A DNA stretch of 64,000 bases from Macrostomum hystrix (Eukaryota > Animalia > Platyhelminthes): the NCBI GenBank assembly GCA_950097015.1, contig CATNEN010000026.1, forward strand, positions 186,001 to 250,000, read 5' to 3'. The notes beneath the pieces were generated by a model. That model did no database searches, was not told the origin of the DNA, and was given only the letters and a program-made list of their open reading frames with translations. Positions within the stretch are counted from its first letter, which is position 1, and each line of letters begins with the position of its first letter. Made by a program: the position numbers and the translations under genes. This document shows positions 24,006 to 37,700 of this stretch, one piece after another.

Positions 24006-25283
24006 GTTTTGCAGCAGCAGTTTTTGTCAGTGGGAACTTTTCTAGCATTGCTTTGGAAATGTCAGCATTCAGAAAATGCAGCCCCCGGCCTCGATGCGGT
24101 TTCGCTTGCCGATACCAGGGCAGGAGCAACTGACGACGGCAATAAATTCCACTTCCTAGTTTGCTGCAGCTTGGCCACCGACTTCAGCTTCACAGCTTTG
24201 ACTGTATAATGCATGTGTGCGCGCACCAGAGCTTTTGGAAGCCTTTCAGCTACCTCCCCATAACTCGCTCCGTGACATTTAGCATCCTTGATCTCTAATC
24301 CCGAACCCGAATCCCAACCGGTTCCCGTGCCCCTGCGTGTTGGGTTTGGGAAGTGGGCTTTGTTCAAAATGCAGCTGCAGTCACAGATAGGCACTCCGCC
24401 AAGAAAGTTAAATTCTGGCCTGAACAGAAAGCTGCTGTTCAATCTTCGATGTCCAGGCTTTCTAAAAGCCATCTGTTTTAGCCGATGCAACTTTACTGAC
24501 ATTTTCCACTAGATCCCATGAAGCACAACTTGAAAGCTTGGTAAAAGTTGAAGCAAGCTCGATTCGATGTCTATGGCAACATCGTTCTAATACTTTTTCG
24601 TCTATGGGCAAAGCCCCCAGCCACCATCACTGGAAATTGTTGAATCAAATGTGCGCTTTACGGCTTTCCGTCTGCGAGCAAAAATTTGCAGTTCTACCAT
24701 AGACAACAAGAAAGCGCAACGCCCCGAAGCTAAACGAATCGAAGCTTCAACAATTCTACCCAACTGCAACTGTCTATGGTAAAATCCTGAACCACCCTTT
24801 CACTGGCCTTGTACGTACGCGCGCCAATATCGTCATCGATCCACTGAACTCTGGAGATATTGTTGGATACAAAATCGAAAATATTTCCAAATTTTCCCGC
24901 GCTGAGAGGTGGCACTATAGGTGGTCGATGACATTTCAGAATGTCAGAGGGCGCAATATAGCTGCGTGACAGCCTTCCGTGACGCGGGGTCTAAATGTCA
25001 CAGCAAAGCACCCACCCCATCAGTCAAACAAGATCCGCATAGACATTGGCACACACAGACAGAAACCTAGCTTCAACATTTACAGAATGTTACATTTTCG
25101 TTGTAACGATATTATGTAAGCGGATACAGGCACGCTTCGCAATTCGAAGAAGCGAAGCGAATCTGCAAAAACGAAGCAACGTTTTTAATCTACGCTCGTA
25201 GATGGCTTGGAGAGAATGAAGAGAAGACAGGTGAGAAAATGTTAGATTAGGGAGCTAGTCTTAAATTTGACAGCATCTAATAC

Positions 25284-26335
25284 AGAGTTGTCAGCAACTA
25301 ATGCACAGTTGTCAGCAACTAATGCACAGTTGTCAGCAACTAATGCACAGTTGTCAGTAGCTAATGCACAGTTGTCAGCAACTAATGCACAGTTGTCAGC
25401 AACTAATGCACAGTTGTCAGCAACTAATGCACAGTTGTCAGTAGCTAATGCAGAGTTGTCAGTAGCTAATGCAGAGTTGTCAGCAGCTAATGCACAGTTG
25501 TCAGCAACTAATGCACAGTTGTCAGTAGCTAATGCAGAGTTGTCAGTAGCTAATGCAGAGTTGTCAGCAGCTAATGCAGAGTTGTCAGCAACTAATGCAC
25601 AGTTGTCAGCAACTAATGCACAGTTGTCAGCAACTAATGCACAGTTGTCAGCAACTAATGCACAGTTGTCAGCAACTAATGCACAGTTGTCAGTAGCTAA
25701 TGCAGAGTTGTCAGTAGCTAATGCAGAGTTGTCAGCAGCTAATGCACAGTTGTCAGCAACTAATGCACAGTTGTCAGCAACTAATGCACAGTTGTCAGTA
25801 GCTAATGCAGAGTTGTCAGTAGCTAATGCAGAGTTGTCAGCAGCTAATGCAGAGTTGTCAGCAGCTAATGCAGAGTTGTCAGCAGCTAATGCACAGTTGT
25901 CAGCAACTAATGCACAGTTGTCAGTAGCTAATGCAGAGTTGTCAGTAGCTAATGCAGAGTTGTCAGCAGCTAATGCAGAGTTGTCAGCAGCTAATACAGG
26001 GTTGTCAGCAACTAATGCAGAGTTGTCAGCAGCTAATGCAGAGTTGTCAGCAGCTAATGCAGAGTTGTCAGCAGCTAATGCAGAGTTGTCAGCAGCTAAT
26101 GCAGAGTTGTCAGCAGCTAATACAGGGTTGTCAGCAACTAATGCAGAGTTGTCAGCAGCTAATGCAGAGTTGTCAGTAGCTAATACAGGGTTGTCAGCAA
26201 CTAATGCAGAGTTGTCAGCAGCTAATGCAGAGTTGTCAGCAACTAATGCAGAGTTGTCAGTAGCTGATGCAGAGTTGTCAGTAGCTAATGCAGAGTTGTC
26301 AGCAGCTAATGCAGAGTTGTCAGCAGCTAATGCAG
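25284..26335. repeat. 21-bp minisatellite (GTTGTCAGCAGCTAATGCAGA)n
   Basis: Heptad periodicity in the ORFs on both strands. Confidence 0.95.
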
Positions 26336-26864
26336 CATCAATTGTATTTAACTTTGTATTCAGCTTTTTAAAAGCAATACTAAAAGGAGTCGTATAAATT
26401 TTTAATGGTTCCTTTATGCATTTGAAGAAAGTGAGACAAAGCATGAAGAAAAAATAGTTATACAACTTCGTGCTTCTAGAATAAGACAATAAAGCACTTG
26501 AACGCACACGTATATGCAAGAAAGATTATATAACAGTTGATCATATGCTGTGGAGTTTCGTTGCAACATAAACCGGATTACCCAGAGAACTACGAGCCAA
26601 GACACGATTGCAAAAATGGAGAACAGAGTGTAAAAATATAAATAAAAACAGCGAGCAAAAATGTATTTTGTATAAAAAACTTTCCTTCACTCACCTCAGA
26701 TTCAAGCGTGCCAGTTTTATTCGTACAGTTCGGTAATAAAATGGATAGCGATACAAATAATACAACGATTTTTCAGTAATAAAAACCAGGAACAGATGTT
26801 CATATGTCGACCGGGTCAGCTGGTAAGTGCGAAATTGGGCTGCATATAGGGTTTCATGGACAGC

Positions 26865-28018
26865 GTACATTGGGACAGATGGGCTTATCGGAGAGTGTAC
26901 ATTGGGACAGATGGGCTTATCAGAGAGTGTACATTGGGACAGATGGGCTTATCGGAGAGTGTACATTGGGACAGATGGGCTTATCAGAGAGTGTACATTG
27001 GGACAGATGGGCTTATCGGAGAGTGTACATTGGGACAGATGGGCTTATCAGAGAGTGTACATTGGGACAGATGGGTTTATCAGAGAGTGTACATTGGGAC
27101 AGATGGGCTTATCGGAGAGTGTACATTGGGACAGATGGGCTTATCAGAGTGTGTACATTGGGACAGATGGGCTTATCGGAGAGTGTACATTGGGACAGAT
27201 GGGCTTATCGGAGAGTGTACATTGGGACAGATGGGCTTATCAGAGAGTGTACATAGGGACAGATGGGCTTATCAGAGAGTGTACATTGGGACAGATGGGT
27301 TTATCGGAGAGTGTACATAGGGACAGATGGGCTTATCAGAGAGTGTACATTGGGACAGATGGGCTTATCAGAGAGTGTACATAGGGACAGATGGGCTTAT
27401 CAGAGAGTGTACATAGGGACAGATGGGCTTATCGGAGAGTGTACATAGGGACAGATAGGCTTATCGGAGAGTGTACAATGGGACAGATGGGTTTATCGGA
27501 GAGTGTACAATGGGACAGATGGGTTTATCGGAGAGTGTACAATGGGACAGATGGGTTTATCGGAGAGTGTACATAGGGACAGATGGGCTTATCGGAGAGT
27601 GTACATAGGGACAGATGGGCTTATCGGAGAGTGTACATTGGGACAGATGGGTTTATCGGAGAGTGTACATTGGGACAGATGGGCTTATCGGAGAGTGTAC
27701 ATTGGGACAGATGGGTTTATCGGAGAGTGTACATTGGGACAGATGGGCTTATCGGAGAGTGTACATAGGGACAGATAGGCTTATCGGAGAGTGTACATAG
27801 GGACAGATGGGTTTATCGGAGAGTGTACATAGGGACAGATGGGTTTATCGGAGAGTGTACATTGGGACAGATGGGCTTATCGGAGAGTGTACATAGGGAC
27901 AGATGGGTTTATCGGAGAGTGTACATAGGGACAGATGGGTTTATCGGAGAGTGTACATAGGGACAGATGGGTTTATCGGAGAGTGTACATTGGGACAGAT
28001 GGGTTTATCGGAGAGTGT
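26865..28018. repeat. 32-bp minisatellite (GTGTACATTGGGACAGATGGGCTTATCGGAGA)n
   Basis: Direct reading of period 32. Confidence 0.96.
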
Positions 28019-28745
28019 CTATTGGGGTGGAAGGGTTTATCAGAGTTTACATTGCTGCTAAAAAAAACAAAGAGTTTAGATAAGCAAATACCGTTTATTT
28101 TTGAGAGGCAAATGTCCTCATGGGATAGAAAAAAATGAAGCCATTGAAGCGATGGCGATGCGTGCGTGAAAAACAGCTTAAATAGTTGACAGCTTTAGTA
28201 ACGCATAATACAGAATCAGCGCAGAATCATGCGATGACAAGCTGTCAAAAGGGAAGAGATTAGGCAAAGAAGGCTTATTATTAGACGTGTTAAATTTGCG
28301 TGCGATACATGAATGATGAACTTGAAAGACACGAAGAATAAATACTTTTAGAATATAATAATTATATGTATCAGATAAGTTATAAAATAATACAAAGCTT
28401 AGTCGATTTAGAATCATTCATTCTTATTGCCAGAAACGATTGGATGCAACAGGAAAAAGAAGATCAATTAATGTGCAAGCTCAAAACTCTACTCAACCAT
28501 GCTTATCGTATATAAAAGCCAACAGAAGCAGAGAAGCCAACATGCAAAGCAAAAAATTTAAGACCAAAACTTTCTTTCAGAAAGTGATTAATAAAAAACC
28601 AGATGCCGCAAAATACTACTGACACATAAAAAGTCTCAGTAGTATAGAACAATTAGCGAAGGTGCAACGTATTAAAAAATTGCCGGGCTCGCATCCGGAC
28701 TAGATGGTAAAAGTTCAACTGCGGCCCTCATATTTGACACAGCTG

Positions 28746-31700
28746 TTAGAGATTGTAAGCCACATATATCGGATCTAATTTGTCGTCTAGGAAACCGTCG
28801 CGCAGGTGCATTCGCTGTTTCTCTCCTCGGCTGTTCATCGGGATGGCGCCGGGATCGCAGACGACAACCACCCCGGCGATGAGGTGGTGCTCTCGAAGAA
28901 CGCCCGTTGTGATGGCAGGAATCAAGTCTAGGGCTTCGAACTCGCGACCCTGCAGTTCGGCAACCACAACTAGCAAGGATCGCCAGGTGAAGACGGCGCT
29001 GCGGCGAAAGAAGTTTTAAAGTGGTTATTTAGATATAGAGTGAGTTTAAAAATCACACAATTTTAAACTAAGATAAAGAATAAGTTTAAACCATGGTTCT
29101 TTTAAAGCGTATATACGGTAAAAACCTAAATTCGTTGAAAAAATTACCTAGAATACTTAAATTATCAAGGTTCGTTAAAAATACGTGGATTCGTTAAAAT
29201 TCACAGGTATCTTAAAATACCAATGTTCGTTAAAATACCCAGGGTTCGTTAAAATACCTAGGTTCGTTAAAATACCCAGGGTTCGTTAAAATACCTAGGT
29301 TCGTTAAATTATTCAGGTTCATTAAAATACCCTGGTTCATTAAAATATCCAGGTTCGTTAAAATATCCAGGTTCGTTAAAATACCCAGGTTCGTTAAAAT
29401 ACCTAGGTTCGTTAAAATACCCCGGTTCGTTAAAATACCCAGGTTCGTTAAAATATTCAGGTTCGTTAAAATACCCCGGTTCGTTAAAATACCCAGGTTC
29501 GTTAAAATACCCAGGTTCATTAAAATACCTAGGTTCATTGAAATATCCAGGTTCGTTAAAATACCCAGGTTCGTTAAAATACCTAGGTTCGTTAAAATAC
29601 CCAGGTTCGCTAAAATACCCCGGTTCGTTAAATTACCAAGGTTCATTAAAATACCCAGGTTCGCTAAAATACCCCTGTTCATTAAAATACCCAGGTTCGT
29701 TAAAATACCCAGGTTCGTTAAAATATTCAGGTTCATTAAAATATTCAGATTCGTTAAAATACCCAGGTTCGCTAAAATACCCCGGTTCGTTAAAATACCT
29801 AGGTTCATTAAAATACCCAGGTTCGCTAAAATACCCCGGTTCGTTAAAATACCCAGGTTCGTTAAAACATTCAGGTTCGAAAAATACCCAGGTTCGTTAA
29901 AATACCCAGGTTCGTTAAAATACCCAGGTTCGTTAAAATACCTAGGTTCATTAAAATACCCAGGTTCATTAAAATACCCAGGTTCGTTAAAATACCCAGG
30001 TTCGTTAAAATACCCAGGTTCGCTAAAATACTCAGGTTCGTTAAAATACCCAGGTTCGCTAAAATACTCAGGTTCGTTAAAATACCCAGGTTCGTTAAAA
30101 TACTTTGGTTTGTTAAAAAGTATCCTAACTCATTAAAATGCACGGATTCTTATAAAATTCCTAGATTTAAATACAGATTCGTTAAAAACGCATTATCGAG
30201 TAAAGGGTAGATTTTTAATTATATTAAATTTTTTTGTAAAAATATCCAAGTTCGTTAAAAGTTACAAGAATAGTTAAAAAATATCCAGATTTCAAGTAAG
30301 ATTATTAAAAACCAATCCGTCAAATGATCAGTTGGATAGAAACTAAATTCCTTAAACGAAACCATAACTCATCAAAACCATCAACAGCGAAATATCCTCA
30401 TTATCTAACTCACCATTCTCCAACGCACGGGTGACAGCGGGACACGGTGGCCTCAATGTCAACCGGATGGTAGCGAAATCCTCGCAGTTGCAGAGCCTCG
30501 TCCAGGGCGCCAACCACGAACACGGCGTCGTGCCGGGCCCCGTCGCCGCCCGTGATATCTGTGCGACGAACGAAGCCAAGGAAACCGGTGCGGGCGTACT
30601 GCTGCTGCTGCTGCTGCTGCTGCTGGCCCAATGATCCGCCTCCGTCGCCTCCGCCGACTAGCGTAGCGTCGAACTGACCGGCGCAAGCGTCTGAATCGCC
30701 GCCGACAACTGACCAGTAGCCGGCTGCATTGTGAGCAGCTTTGATCCACAATTCGCCAAGGTGACTGTCGGCGCACTGGGTCCGCGAGTCCGGATTGGCT
30801 ACGATAACCTGACGATGGGTAGAGGGGGAGAATCCGAGTGGCTATCGCAGCAAGTCGTTTTGTGCTTCTATTTTTAGCCCTGACCAATGACGGCAGAAAA
30901 GAAAACAAATGAGCTTTTGAACACCCAAATTTTCACTCCAGCTGATGCCGGTACCCATTTTACAATATTGTTTTGATTATTGCTCCAATTAATTTCCCAG
31001 CTGCATTACATTCTACCTGTCTCAATTACATTTTCCTGTTTTAATTCCATTCTACTTGTTTCAATTCCAATCCAGTTCGTACTTGCTTCAACAAAATTCT
31101 AACTGTTTTAATTACATATTTCCTGTTTTAATTAGATTCTACCTGTCTTGATAATATCCTACCTATCCTTATTACATTCTACCTGCTCTAATTAACTTCT
31201 CCTTTTCAACTACGTTCTACATGCCCCAATTACATTCTGCCTGTCCTAATTCTATTCTGCCTGTCCTAATTCTATTCTACCTGTCCTAATTCTATTCTGC
31301 CTGTCCTAATTCTATTCTACCTGTCCTAATTCTATTCTACCTGTCCTAATTCTAATTATTAACTCCTGTCCTAATCCCACCCCGCACAAATCAGGCTACA
31401 CCTCTCCCCCAAATCATCGCCAGTCACAGGCGCACGCAGCCTACCTGAGTTCCGGCAAGCAGTTCGCCGCACTCCATCAGCGGCAGGGAGCGCGGACTGC
31501 CCCGTTCAACTAGGCTGACACGATCAGCCCTCAGGGCGCGCGAATCCACGTAGAGCGTGGCCGGGTCCGGCGCCGACGCGCCCTGCAGACAGACGCACGG
31601 ATTCACCCGGCAACCGAACGAAGCGCTGACAACAGACGGCTTGAGGCCGAGAGGACTAAATAGCCGGCCGAAGCTGGTGAGAAGGGACAGGCGTGGCCTC

Positions 31701-34700
31701 TCCTCGGACACAACAACCAGAGAGCGCAGATTCGATAAATTGATCTGCTGCTTTTGCTGCACAAATTATAGGAGAAATTCGCACTTTTCCTACTTGTGGT
31801 TTTCAATACATATCGGCGAGGATTAGAAATGAATCAATCTATTTTAAACCTTCAGGAAACGAAGGGATATATAAAACTGTTTCAAGCGGATTGTAAGTCA
31901 GCGGAGAGAGAAGAGAGGCAAGAGGGGGAGTGAAAGAAGAATGGGATGGAAATGGGGACAAGATAAAGATATACCGAATTTGGTAGTGGAGGGTACAGCC
32001 AGTCCGTAATTTAGACAGCTGCAATAGAATTCACATATTTATATTAAAATTTGCTTTGCTTTGGCTTTGGTGCAAGAAAAATTGATAAAACAGAAACAAG
32101 TAAGCTAAGTTATAATTAGTAATATATTTAGTAACAAAGGTAAACGTATTTTTTTCACACGCTAAACCTTTTTAAGTTAAAGCACAATGCCTTTTTATAG
32201 CAATTTTGGCGCCCATTGGACAGCAAAGAGAGCAATTGTAAAATTTGTTTAATTGTTCACAGAAAAAATGTTGAAACACGCTGGGGTAAATGCTCGCTCC
32301 TGTCCTCTTATACACTTGGGTTTTTAGATTACTTAGATTATCAACAAATGCAATTGACTATGATGCACTAAGAGATGGAAATGGGATCAGACAAAAAGGG
32401 GTAGAAATGGGATCAGACAAAAAAAGGTAGAATTGGGATCAGACAAAAAGAGGTAGAATTGGGATCAGACAATAAGAGATAGAAATCAAACAGAGGGATT
32501 ATATCATACAACAGAGGCAACAGAGGTTGAACCGACCTTGAGGGTGTCCACCAAGCCGGCCAGCTCCCTGGTACAGTGCTCCAGCACAGTGTAGCTGCAG
32601 AACGCATCCCGGATCTGTCTCTGGCTGAGCAGCAGCAGGAAGGCTGCCGGATTAGCTTCCAGCTCAGCCGGTGGCAGCAGCAGAGTCTGGTGGCCGGCGA
32701 ACACGCCGCTCAGACACCAGAGGACAAAGCCGAGGCCGCTGTAGGGATCCAGGCAGAGGGCCACCTCCCTGGCCGGGTACAATTCGCACTGCAGTTTCAA
32801 GCTGCGGCAGAGGGACACGGCCGCTCTCTGAGTGAATCGAACCCCGGTTAGCAGGCCGGTGGTGCTCACGCTGAAGTCTAGATAGGCAGTGCCATCCAGA
32901 GGATCAGCCGAGCCGCCATTCTGCTGCTGCGAAGATGCTGAATCCAAAGAGGCTGGCGGCGGTGGAGGCGGCGCGGAGCTGCTGTGGCGACGTCTGGCGT
33001 CGTCGACGTCGATGATTGGCGGCCAGGAGCAGCCGAGAGCCATCGCCTCTTTGGAGCGCATCATCTTAGCAACGGGCTGCGTCGTTAGCAACAGCGCCGC
33101 TCGACCGGATTCCACAATAAGTCGGCAGGTGTTGAGGCCGGAGGAGCCGACAGGAGGTCGGACCGGCAGCGGCACGCAGGCAGCCAGCTGGCAGGCGAAC
33201 ACTGCGGCTGTCAGGTCGAGCCCGGGCGGCAGGGCGATGGCAACGACGGCGTCGCGATGAGCTCGAGACCGCAGTACAGAGGCCAGCTTCTCGGCGCGTT
33301 TGATCAGGACGCCAGGCGTCGCACCGGCGATTTCCTGAAGCCGGCCGTTCAGGCAGGAGAGCAGACGGCGCTGCTGCTGCTGGCTGCCTTCGTCGGCCGA
33401 GGCCGACGCGGCGACTCGCCAGCGTAGAGCTTCGGTTAGGTTTGCCGCGGCCGCGACGTCGTCTGGCGAGGCGGACGCCGGCAAGGGCCGACCTTCGGCA
33501 ACAGCGGGCCGGCCGCCTTGGATCAGTGAGCCGAGCAGGGCGGACATTGGGCCGTGGGCGGGCGTCGGCAGCTCGCGCGGCCTCGGCAGGTTGGTGACGG
33601 TGGAGTGCGGGCAGAGCAGCACGGAGCACGGATGCAGCTGGCCGGCTAGGTAGCGTCGGCGTGTCTCACGAGGACAGACGCCGCCCTGCGGACTGCGAGG
33701 CAGAGAATTGGGCGGCGCCAAGGCGATGCAATAGACGCCAACCTGGTGAATGCTGTCAACAGCTTGGAGGACGTGCGACATCCACTGGAAGCTTTGCTCC
33801 TCCGTGGCGTCGGGTCGCTGCTCGGCAACCACAACGACGCGCTCGTCGCGCAGTAGCTCCTGACTGAATACGGCGATACGGCCGCGGTGTACAAATTTTA
33901 GTGGCTCAACAGCTAGCACGGTGGCAATGAGATCGTCTGAGTTGTGCCGACGACCGGACACCACTATGAGGCCTTCGGTGGAGCCGCAGACAAATACAAG
34001 ACCGCCCTGAAGAAAGTTGGGGGATTGGCAAGTTTTTAGACTTTTTATTTCATAGTGATATTCTTAGAGGCTGTGGGCACTGATGCACCAGATGCACCAG
34101 CAAAGGTCCCTGAGCTCGATTCTGCGGCGAGGCCACATTCATTTGGGTCGCAGCCGCGGAAAGAAGGCTTGGGGGTTTGTCATGCATTTTACGCCTTGAG
34201 GGCCAACCACCAAGTCGCAGTGAGAGTGTACACCATACAGGGGTTAGCGTTATCGACGATCCTCGCCTCCCCGCTGTGCCCATGGACCACCCTGCAGCTA
34301 AGTCAAGTAAGTCAAGAAGAGAGTGTATACAGAAAGTCAGGGCAGATGTACACACCTGTGTGTGTGTGCCTGCGTACGGTATCTGTGTGTGTCTACTTAG
34401 GAGTCAGAGAAACGGGCAGAATTGCCTCCTCGCTGGCTGCGGGTCTAGTGTCACCAACTGATGTACTATTGCCTGCAGCCTTGCTGCAAATATTATGGGG
34501 TTATTAAGGGTGGGTGTGACATCCCCCCCAGTCCATGGACTGAACAGCCATACGCAGCCTATAGATGCGCCGCGCAATAGCTGTCGACAATTGGGGCCAG
34601 ATAAAAATAATAATAGTAATTATTATTATTATTATACTAAAGCCGGCAACCTATAATTACAATGATAATAAATAGCGAAATAAATAGCTAAAAAGTATGC

Positions 34701-37700
34701 GTCATTCTAGATCGTTAAGTATCGTTTACAGTCTCGCAGTGCTTGCTTTATAAATAATAAAGTTTTTTCTTCTGCTTTTTTCAGATGGACGAGGACAGTG
34801 TTTGCGGAGTTCGATGGATGTTAAATCATTGGCTATTATAAGTTTTTAACTCTATATTGGGAATATAAGCATGGCTTTAAATACATATCCACATCCGTAA
34901 ATATATCTGTGTAGAGAGTAAAGAAATGAAAGCATCTGGATGGAACACAATAATTTTCTTCAGGTCGAAGACTGTTTTATGCATGAATGCCCAAGCGAGA
35001 CAAATAAAATGGATTTTAGCTCTAGCAAACCCGATTAAAAAGGTAGCTTTCATATAAACATCTTCTATCTAACAAGAGAACGACAATACAAATGTTATTA
35101 ATAAGCTAGAGATAACATTATGCAGGTCATACTTGCATCTGGGGACCAGAAACTGGGTCTAACTGTGGATGTAGGCATAGGAGCGAAGAAAACAGGCAGC
35201 AAACAATGAAGGGCGCTTAGCATAGTAAGTGTCAGACTGATTATCTAGTACGGAAAAAAGAAGAAAAAAAAATTCACAGCGCTTTGCCCATTTGCGCACT
35301 TTTTTAGTCGCATGCTGATTCACACACTACTAGTGCGGAGAGGTCAGGTGCCCGCCTTCTATCCATTGCGTGTGGAATTAAGAATAAGCCAAGTGATGTT
35401 TTGTGACAAACTAACTTGACATCTTAAATGTAAAAGTATGTTACTTTAAGTATATTTCAATTTCTCATGTTTAATATAACATTCATATGATATTACATGT
35501 TTTGAGATTGTGAGGATTCGACACCATAAGCTTCGATATTTTGAGGATTCGACACCAAATGCTTCGAGATTGTGAGGATTCGACACCATAAGCTTCGATA
35601 TTTTGAGGATTCGACACCATATGCTTCGATATTTTGAGGATTCGACACCATATGCTTCGATATTGTGGGGCTTTGACACCAAATGCTTCGATATTGTGGG
35701 GCTTTGACACCAAATGCTTCGATATTGTGGGGCTTTGACACCAAATGCTTCGATATTGTGGGGCTTTGACACCAAATGCTTCGATATTGTGGGGCTTTGA
35801 CACCAAATGCTTCGATAGTGTGGGGCTTTGACACCAAATGCTTCGATATTGTGGGGCTTTGACACCAAATGCTTCGATATTGTGGGGCTTTGACACCAAA
35901 TGCTTCGAGATTGTGGGGCTTTGACACCAAATGCTTCGATAGTGTGGGGCTTTGACACCAAATGCTTCGATATTGTGGGGCTTTGACACCAAATGCTTCG
36001 ATAGTGTGGGGCTTTGACACCAAATGCTTCGATATTGTGGGGCTTTGACACCAAATGCTTCGATAGTGTGGGGCTTTGACACCAAATGCTTCGATAGTGT
36101 GGGGCTTTGACACCAAATGCTTCGATATTGTGGGGCTTTGACACCAAATGCTTCGATATTGTGGGGCTTTGACACCAAATGCTTCGAGATTGTGGGGCTT
36201 TGACACCAAATGCTTCGATATTGTGGGGCTTTGACACCAAATGCTTCGATATTGTGGGGCTTTGACACCAAATGCTTCGATATTGTGGGGCTTTGACACC
36301 AAATGCTTCGAGATTGTGGGGCTTTGACACCAAATGCTTCGATATTGTGGGGCTTTGACACCAAATGCTTCGATATTGTGGGGCTTTGACACCAAATGCT
36401 TCGATATTGTGGGGCTTTGACACCAAATGCTTCGATAGTGTGGGGCTTTGACACCAAATGCTTCGATATTGTGGGGCTTTGACACCATATGCTTCGATAT
36501 TGTGGGGCTTTGACACCATATGCTTCGATATTGTGGGGCTTTGACACCAAATGCTTCGATATTGTGGGGCTTTGACACCAAATGCTTCGAGATTGTGGGG
36601 CTTTGACACCAAATGCTTCGATATTGTGGGGCTTTGACACCAAATGCTTCGATAGTGTGGGGCTTTGACACCAAATGCTTCGATAGTGTGGGGCTTTGAC
36701 ACCAAATGCTTCGAGATTGTGGGGCTTTGACACCAAATGCTTCGATATTGTGGGGCTTTGACACCAAATGCTTCGATATTGTGGGGCTTTGACACCAAAT
36801 GCTTCGATATTGTGGGGCTTTGACACCAAATGCTTCGATATTGTGGGGCTTTGACACCAAATGCTTCGATATTGTGGGGCTTTGACACCAAATGCTTCGA
36901 TATTGTGGGGCTTTGACACCAAATGCTTCGATATTGTGGGGCTTTGACACCAAATGCTTCGATATTTTGAGGATTTGACACCATATGCTTCGATATTGTG
37001 AGGATTCGACACTAAATGCTTCAATATTGTGAGGATTCGACACCAAATGCTTCGATATTGTGAGGATTCGACACTAAATGCTTCAATATTGTGAGGATTC
37101 GACACTAAATGCTTCAATATTGTGAGGATTCGACACTAAATGCTTCAATATTGTGAGGATTCGACACTAAATGCTTCAATATTGTGAGGATTCGACACTA
37201 AATGCTTCAATATTGTGAGGATTCGACACTAAATGCTTCAATATTGTGAGGATAAGACACAAAATGCTTCAATATTGGGAGGATTCGACACCAAATGCTT
37301 CAATATTGTGAGGATTCGACACTAAATGCTTCAATATTGGGAGGATAAGACACAAAATGCTTCGAGATTGTGAGGTTTTGACAGCAAATACTTCGAGATT
37401 GTGAGTTGTCGACTCTTAAAACAAGTTTATAATTTTTTTCAAGCAAAGCGCCACGTTTACCCATTATTTCCATCGCTGTGACTTCACATCCATTTCCCAT
37501 TCCTCTCTCACGCACATGTACACCAGTAAGCGGACGCACATACCTGAGGTCCGGTTTGCAGGGCGTGGTCCGCTAGGTGCACAGCATTATATGCAGCAAA
37601 TGGCTTTTACAGTAAAGGCTTAACAATTTATATAAGGCAAGCCGCCTCCATCGTGGGCTGAGAATATGCACTTTTACAACTAACGGCTGCAAAGGACGTG

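Noticed and set aside
24062-24915. ORFs of 146 aa and 61 aa on the minus strand
   Set aside because: No recognisable domain, and I could not build a consistent exon chain.
25130-25230. AG/GT-bounded plus-strand segment translating HASQFEEAKRICKNEATFLIYARRWLGENEEKT
   Set aside because: It could be an exon of an unrecognised gene, but with no homology or linked exons there is not enough support to call it.
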